Source: Gordius albopunctatus (Eukaryota). From it: DNA of 64,000 nt. The position numbers were made by a program, and so were the translations under genes. Positions 57,500 to 64,000 of this stretch are shown one piece after another (the first letter of the stretch is position 1; each line of letters opens with the position of its first letter). The stretch lies in the NCBI GenBank assembly GCA_964276515.1, contig OZ193909.1:8432001-8496000 (forward strand), read 5' to 3'. Under the pieces are notes generated by a model that ran no database searches, was not told the origin of the DNA, and saw only the letters and a list, made by a program, of their open reading frames with translations.

Positions 57500-58905
57500 G
57501 CAATAGTTTAAAATGGTATAAATGTGGAGAGTTAGGACATGGAATGAGGTCATGTTCAAGAAATAATCAAGAGCTTGTGTGTTTTATATGTCGAGGGGAG
57601 AGGCATAGGTCGAGGGAGTGTCCCAGGCGCGTATGAACATGACTAAAATAGTGTGGAACTGTATTTTTGCATGCTTTTAATCGGATTTTTATTTTGTATA
57701 TAAAAATATATAAATTTGTACTTGCTAATATTATAAATGTAGTATTTCTTTATATTTTGCATATTACGTTGGATAGGGCAAACTTATTTTTATTTAATTA
57801 GATTAGAATTAAACTTTTATCGTTTTATATGGCGTATTAGCATTAAATTTTGGAGGAAAACAGTAGGGCGACGTGTTTGTTTAAAATTGGGTGCGGTTTG
57901 TAGAAGGAAGGTGGGAAAAAGGACTAATGAGAACATATATAAGGGTCGGGGCCTTTGCGAATGAACAACCCTGTATTAAAATCAAGTTGAATGGGGAAAC
58001 CCATCTAATGTTGGTGGACACCGGGTTGGCCGTTACGATTGTAAATAAAGAGACATGGGTAGCTTTATGTAGGCCCAAGTTGGACATGAAGGGTAAGGTT
58101 AAGATTGGAAGGCCCTTAATTCGTGGGGTGGGAATGGATTGATACATTGTCGAAGGAATTTAACTGGTGGGATTTGGTGAGGAAGGGGAATGTAGCATTA
58201 GAAGTGACGTTTAAGGATGAGGACGGGGAAGGGGAGGAAGGTGACGAGGTAACCGCGTTGTTGCAGGAGTTTGACACCGTTTTTGAGGACAGATTAGGAT
58301 GTTGCAAGGGGAAGAAGTGGAGGTAGAAAAAGGAAGGCGTCTTACCCAAGTTTTGTGGGGCACGAAGGATACCATTCGAGTGGAAGAAAAAAGTGGAGAA
58401 GGAATTAGACAAATCGCTGAAGAAGGGAGTAATCAGGGAAGTTATGTCGAGTTATTGGGCGAGTAAGAAAGGCAAATGTGAGGTTAAGATTATGCGTGAA
58501 TTTTCGGTTAACTCTTAACCAGTGCGTAAGGGATGTTAAGTACCCACTGCCTCTGTTTGAGGAAATTGTAGCACAGTTGAGTGGCTGTCGATGGTACTCG
58601 AAGATTGATTTCACGAATGCTTATTTACTACCTGTTTCCGGGAGGACCAGTGGGTATTTAACCATAAACACGCACAAAGGGTTATTTACCTTTCTTTGGC
58701 TGCCATTTGGGGTAAGTGCGTCGGCGCCGATCTTCCAGATGACGATGGCGGCCATTTTTCTAGGTCTGGAGGGGGTATTTTATTATATGGATGACGTTTT
58801 AGTAAGTGGTAGATCCAGAGCAGAGCATAATGCTCGTACGAATAAGCCGGGAAAAAAGTGTGTTTGCAGTGGAAGAAGTGACATATTTGGGTCATATATT
58901 GAGGG
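57500..58905 (+). mobile_element. Degenerate Ty3/Gypsy LTR-retrotransposon remnant (gag knuckles, protease, RT)
   Basis: KCGELGHGMRSC and CFICRGERHRSREC knuckles, protease MLVDTG, RT motifs RLCVNFR..YPLP..SKIDF..INTHKGLF..LPFGVSASAPIFQ..YMDD..VTYLGH. Frameshifts present; no LTR recognised. Confidence 0.88.
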
Positions 58906-58911
58906 TGACTG

Positions 58912-60490
58912 AACTGTTCTAGACTGACGACGGGAAAAGGGAGCGTTGAGGGATCTATTGATGGATCCTTACAGTATATTTCGCATTTAAGATGGTTGAG
59001 CTCGAGGCCTATAGAGTCTGAATATTTTGCTGATTTCGCTAGTGGGGCCAACCAGGAATCCGTCATCCATATACCATAGATCGCAGGATAAGCTACCGGT
59101 GTTAGATAGTTTTTGGATGATGTCTTGTATAGCTAGACAAAAAAGTGCGGGGCCTAGGGGATCGCCTTGCTGTATTCCTTTGGATGAGTTGATGACCTTG
59201 TCTCCAAAGAGGAGAATTGATGGGATCCGTAACTATTCAGAACATATGGGTAAAATCCTGGGTATGTTTTTTGAAAGGGTGCGAGGGATGCGGCTCTCTG
59301 GACGCTGTTGAAAGCGTTTTTAAAGTCCAACTTAACCAATATAGTTCTGTCTGGCTTGATAATTCAAAGAGTGTTCGGGTCGTATGGGCGGCTGCTTCAC
59401 AACCTCCTTTAGTTCCGAAACCAAATTGGTTCGGGAAGAAGGACCATGCTAGAGAAGCACGAAGTTTGATCGTGATTAGTTTAGAAACTAGTCTCCTAAA
59501 AACTGAGCCTATGACTATGGGACGGATCGAGCCGTCGGGTTTGTTGAAAGCCAACAATTTTCCACCAAAGAGGAGTTGGGTTATGTCTGGGGGGAAGTGA
59601 CCCCTCCTGATTATGTTGCATAGTTGAGTTATGTTTTTAAGTAAAATTTCTGAGCCTCTCATGTGGGGCTTGATTAAGTCTTATAGAAAAATTGGGCAAA
59701 TTCCATCGAGGCCCACTGCCGAATCTTTCTTATGGGAGTTTATCGCCTTTGTCACTTCAGCAATAGTGAAGTCAATGATAGGAATTGGGGGGGGGGGGAT
59801 TCTCGCAATGAGGGGATTAAATCTTGGCCCTCAGTATGTTTTGCGATGAGTAGATCATAGGTAACGTCTGAAGGAGGTGCGATCAGATCAGAACTACCCA
59901 GGATACGAAGAGCTGAGCTTATTTCTAGAGCATTAATTTTGTTTGCAATAGCCTTAGCTTCAAAATCCAATGAAGGTTTAGCTTTATGTGGCTCTTTTGA
60001 GGCCTGAAGCGGCTTGCTTGGGTTAAAATTGGGAATCTATCCTTTAATAGTGTTTGAAAGCTGAGTGACTTTGTATTGAGGAATAGCTAAGGTATGGAAG
60101 CACACAGTGAATAGATTCTTCCAATCATCTAAGTTGTTAGGGTTTTTAATGAGAGATATCAGGATTTTATTAAAAAGGGTGCTAAAGGCTTCCCTTGCTC
60201 CTCTGGGAATTCTATTGAGTGTGTTGGGTTTTGGTAGAGAAATGAGATCCTTTGCCCAGGTGCTACTTGGTATATTGATGATGTCTACGTTGGGCGTGGG
60301 CTCGACCGTTGAATGGTTGAAGAAATAACTATTTGAGGGTATAGTTGGGGTAGTTTATAAATTAAGTAAATGAAAGGTATTTGATGCTGGGCAGCGGTTG
60401 TTGTGGGGGTCATGGACAATATACTTGCCCAGTTTTGTTAGAGCTGTTGTCTTGTGGCATGCTGGACATGGTTAGGTTGTCATATTGAAT
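58912..60490 (-). mobile_element. Degenerate non-LTR retrotransposon, CRE-clade-like, 3'-truncated
   Basis: LLAFNKPDGSIRPIVIGSVFRRLVSK, QFGFGTKGGCEAAAH, KLDFKNAFNSV, GIQQGDPLGP. N-terminal CPAC..H..C motif near 60400-60470. No APE endonuclease domain seen upstream of RT. Confidence 0.75.
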
Positions 60491-60729
60491 CGAAATTAAA
60501 AAAAGGAAAAGACTAGAGAGTTCTAGCTCTTAAAAAATATAACATGGTTAGTTTTCTTTTTTTTCATTTTTGGTGTCTGTTAATTATTTCATTTGTGTTT
60601 CACAGAATTTATTAATTTATTTCATAATGTTTGTTAATCCTAGTTCTCATTATAAAAAAATCAAAAATTAAGATAAAATTTTTAAAAAATATAACGATAT
60701 CAGTGCTAAAAATTTTAAAACACAACATT

Positions 60730-60960
60730 TCGGGCCCGGCAGTTCGGGAAGCTGCGATAATTCGGGCATTGCCGGGCAGACACATAGAAGGGTTCGGGCG
60801 GGCAGATTATCATAAATCGGGCGGGGTTCGGGCAGAAAAATTCTAACAAATCTGACCTCTGATCTGCATGGACAGCCTTGGCTCACGGGCGGATACGGAT
60901 GGGCTTTGAAAATTAAAAAATTGAACCAGCCGTACGGGGCCGGGCATTCCACCAACAATT
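60730..60960. repeat. (TCGGGC)-rich MITE-end remnants
   Basis: Clustered CGGGC motifs like the subterminal repeats of the 29298-29958 family. Confidence 0.4.
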
Positions 60961-62449
60961 TAACCGAACACAAACGGAGCTTTTAGACAATTTTTTGATT
61001 TTTTGGAAAAGAATCTTTTTATCTACAAATGTCAGAAATATATAATTAGGGTATTTATGCACGGAAGGAAATTGTGTTTTAATTGTATTTTTATTTAATC
61101 TATGCATATATTTAGGAATTTTCTTATAACCTGTCACATTCATTTATTTTGCATTTATGATATATTAATTTTAAACAAATTGCTCATATTTCATTATATT
61201 TTTGTAGGTATGACTTAATGACTAAATAAAGTAGCCTTTTTATTTAAAATGAACGTTGATTATCATAGTTTCTATAATGCAATTTAAAATTTGTGTCCAA
61301 AATGTTAATCAATTAACATTTAATGATGTATGGATTTATTGAATTATAATTTAATTGAATTTTACCTTTTTTAAAATAAATATTGCATTTAGAAAGAACT
61401 GTGTGCATACTGTGGATCTCTTACACAAAAATCTTTTTAATATATACAAAAATTAGTGAACAATAAAGATGTGATATTGAACAAATTACTACACTAGGAG
61501 TTACTAATAAAGAAATTATCTTATTAATATTTTGTAAGAATCAAGATGTAGAATATAGTAAAAACCGTATAAAAATCCATCGATTAAATTGTTTGAGATA
61601 CCTTATTAGTAATATCAGTGAAATATCAACCAATGTTGCATAAATTTTGGATTTCCGGGCCTGTTTTGGGTGGCGGTTGGGCCTGAAGTGCAGAGGAAAA
61701 AGTGACGGGCCCAACACAAACTCAATCGTTATCGAGAGAGATTCCGCGAATAATACAATGCCTAATATAGAAGTCGCAATGCAAGACGCCGTATATCGCA
61801 TGCCGTTCAAATATTATAAATAGGAAGTTTTTATGAGGACTTTGGTAAACCTCGGACCAGAGTCAAACAAATTAGAAGTAATGAACGGTCATCGTAGGAT
61901 TTTGAGAAACAAAAACTATAGATGGAAAATTTCTTCATGGATATACGGGAAATAATGGTAATATATGGAAATAATTAGTATGCCCAATGTAGGGCGAATT
62001 ACATAAATTAATAATATAAATAAGAAAAAACCATTTAACATCTATATAGATTTATTGAGAGTTTTACAATATATCGTCAAATTTAATCAATTGAGGCCCC
62101 AAAATATATAAAATAAAGATATTGATCTCGGGTCGCGGTTAGCAAAAATTGAATTCAAAGGGTGGACATCATTTACTTTTTGGAAAATACCTAGTCAGTA
62201 TCGTAGCTTACCATTGCAAGTAGTTGAACAAGCTTCAAAAGTGAGATTTATAAAATTAATCACAAAAAAAATTTCTTATCGGCCTCTGGCCGGGTTTAGC
62301 AATAAATAAATTAAAAGGTGGGCATTATGATTTTTGTTCGTTGAATTTTTTTACATGTTTAATTTACCGTTATAACAATCCCAGAATCGTAATTTTCCAT
62401 TATAGCAATTAACAAGCTGGACAATACATTCACGAGACTCACTTCGTTC

Positions 62450-64000
62450 ATTTTTCGTCGATAGTAAGTCCAACAATTAACACTACCAACGACGGTCCCA
62501 AGTCCATGTGAAAAAAGTGGAGGGTTGGCGTCAGGTCGGAAGCCGGCTGTAAAAAGCAACTCCAAACACCATGGCACAAATACGAACTTATACCAGAATG
62601 CTAGGGCGTCCTCCCCAAACGACGCGCATTGCATCATCCGCCCGTGCAATGTGAAAAGTATACAAGGGTCACCGCCTCACTCACAACGAAGGCGGTTAAG
62701 GAACCTAGTTGTCGAACGGACAAGAGTGGCTAGCTGGAATGTGGGCACGCTGACGGGGAAGAGCATCGAGGTTGCGCAGATGCTAAAAAGGCGAAGGATA
62801 CACATAGCGTGTCTACAAGAAACGCGGTGGCATGGAACAAAAGCCAGGGAGCTAGGAGATGGTTACAAGCTATAATACTCGGGTTCCCCATCACGGAAGA
62901 ACGGGGTCGGTATAGTGCTTAGCGATTCCTTTAAGGACAAGGTAGTCGAAGTCAAACGATGCTCAGATAGATTGATGTGCATAAATCTGGCGGATCAAGG
63001 CGGCCTTGTCAATGTTATTTGTGCGTATTCGCCCCAGGTTGGATGTTCCGAAAATGAGAAGGACGAATTCTATGAGAAGCTCGAAAAAGAAATACGCTAC
63101 GTGAAGCCTGACGAGAATCTCATCATCGGAGCAGACTTTAATGGGCAAGTTGGGAAAGAAAGGGGCGTGTACGAACGAAATCACGGCGGGCATGGCTATG
63201 GGGTGAAAAATAAAGAGGGAGAGAAGTTACTATAGATGGCGCAAGCTTACGATATGGCCATTGTGAATACCTTATTTTAGAAGCGTACCGAACATTTAGC
63301 GACGTACAGTAGTGGGGATCACCTTACACAGGTCGACTACATATTAGTGAAGCGCAAAAATTTGTGGCAAGTTAAAGATTGCAAGGTTATACCGGGGGAA
63401 GAAATCGCCAAACAACATCGGCCAGTTGTCCTCGATATAGCAAGAAAGATTTTTCCTGTAAGGAGAAAAGTCTACACACCAAGGAAAAAGTACGAAAAGC
63501 TTAAGGATGATCGTGCAAATGAAATGTTTCACGCTCGAGCAACTCCGCTCTTGAAGGTTGCAGGCTTGGAGGGCGACATTAACAAAAGGTGGGGCACCGT
63601 TGCAAATGTTTTAAAGGAAACGGTCTTTCAAATATTGGGACGAACTAAGGGCGGCAGAGCTCACAAGCGTGAGCTATGGTGGTGGAATGACTCGGTCAAA
63701 GAGGTTATAGAAGAAAAGAAGGCGTTGTACCTACGATGGTACAAAACGAAGAAAGGAGAAAACTACGAGGCATATCGTGCAGCGAAACGCAAAGCTAAAT
63801 AGCGGTCGCGATAGCGAAGAACGAGGCTTACACCGAGATGGCAAACAAGCTCGATACCAAGGGCGGCAACTTAGTCATGTATAAACTCGCAAAGATCAGG
63901 GAGAAAAAAAGTCGAGATGTCGGGACACTTAAAGTCATTAAAAGCGAAGAGGGACGAACGTTGTGCAAACCGAAAGAAGTCATCAAAAGATGGAAAGATT
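62450..64000 (+). mobile_element. RTE LINE 5' part (5'UTR + APE endonuclease) with nonsense codons, runs off the window
   Basis: ASWNVGTL, ACLQETRW, ICAYSPQVG, GADFNGQVG, QVDYIL, QHRPV. Stops at 62873, 63233 and 63800. From ~63837 it matches the start of the 48395 copy (MANKLD..KIREKKSRDVG). Confidence 0.93.

Overview
This is AT-rich eukaryotic genomic DNA, most likely from an invertebrate animal, with spliceosomal introns that are often only 40-65 nt. It is not prokaryotic and has no CRISPR array or rRNA. By hand-splicing exons the ORF track mostly misses, I find five host genes: the 3' part of a CACHD1/alpha2-delta-family Cache-domain gene (+, <1-5986), a BTB-BACK gene (-, 6469-8633), an Id/extramacrochaetae-like HLH gene (+, from 19423), a complete 9-exon cytosolic aspartate aminotransferase GOT1 (+, 37676-42593), and a 5-micro-exon, 90-aa, 24-Cys metallothionein-like gene (+, 50968-51444). 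The rest is dense transposon sequence: hAT derivatives and MITEs with 8-bp TSDs, a Mutator-like element, several Helitrons, three RTE LINE copies, a Gypsy remnant and a CRE-like non-LTR element. The most notable items are the metallothionein-like gene and a ~5.9-kb Helitron palindrome with two inward-facing 5' ends. All family calls come from motif recognition by eye; no database searches were run.
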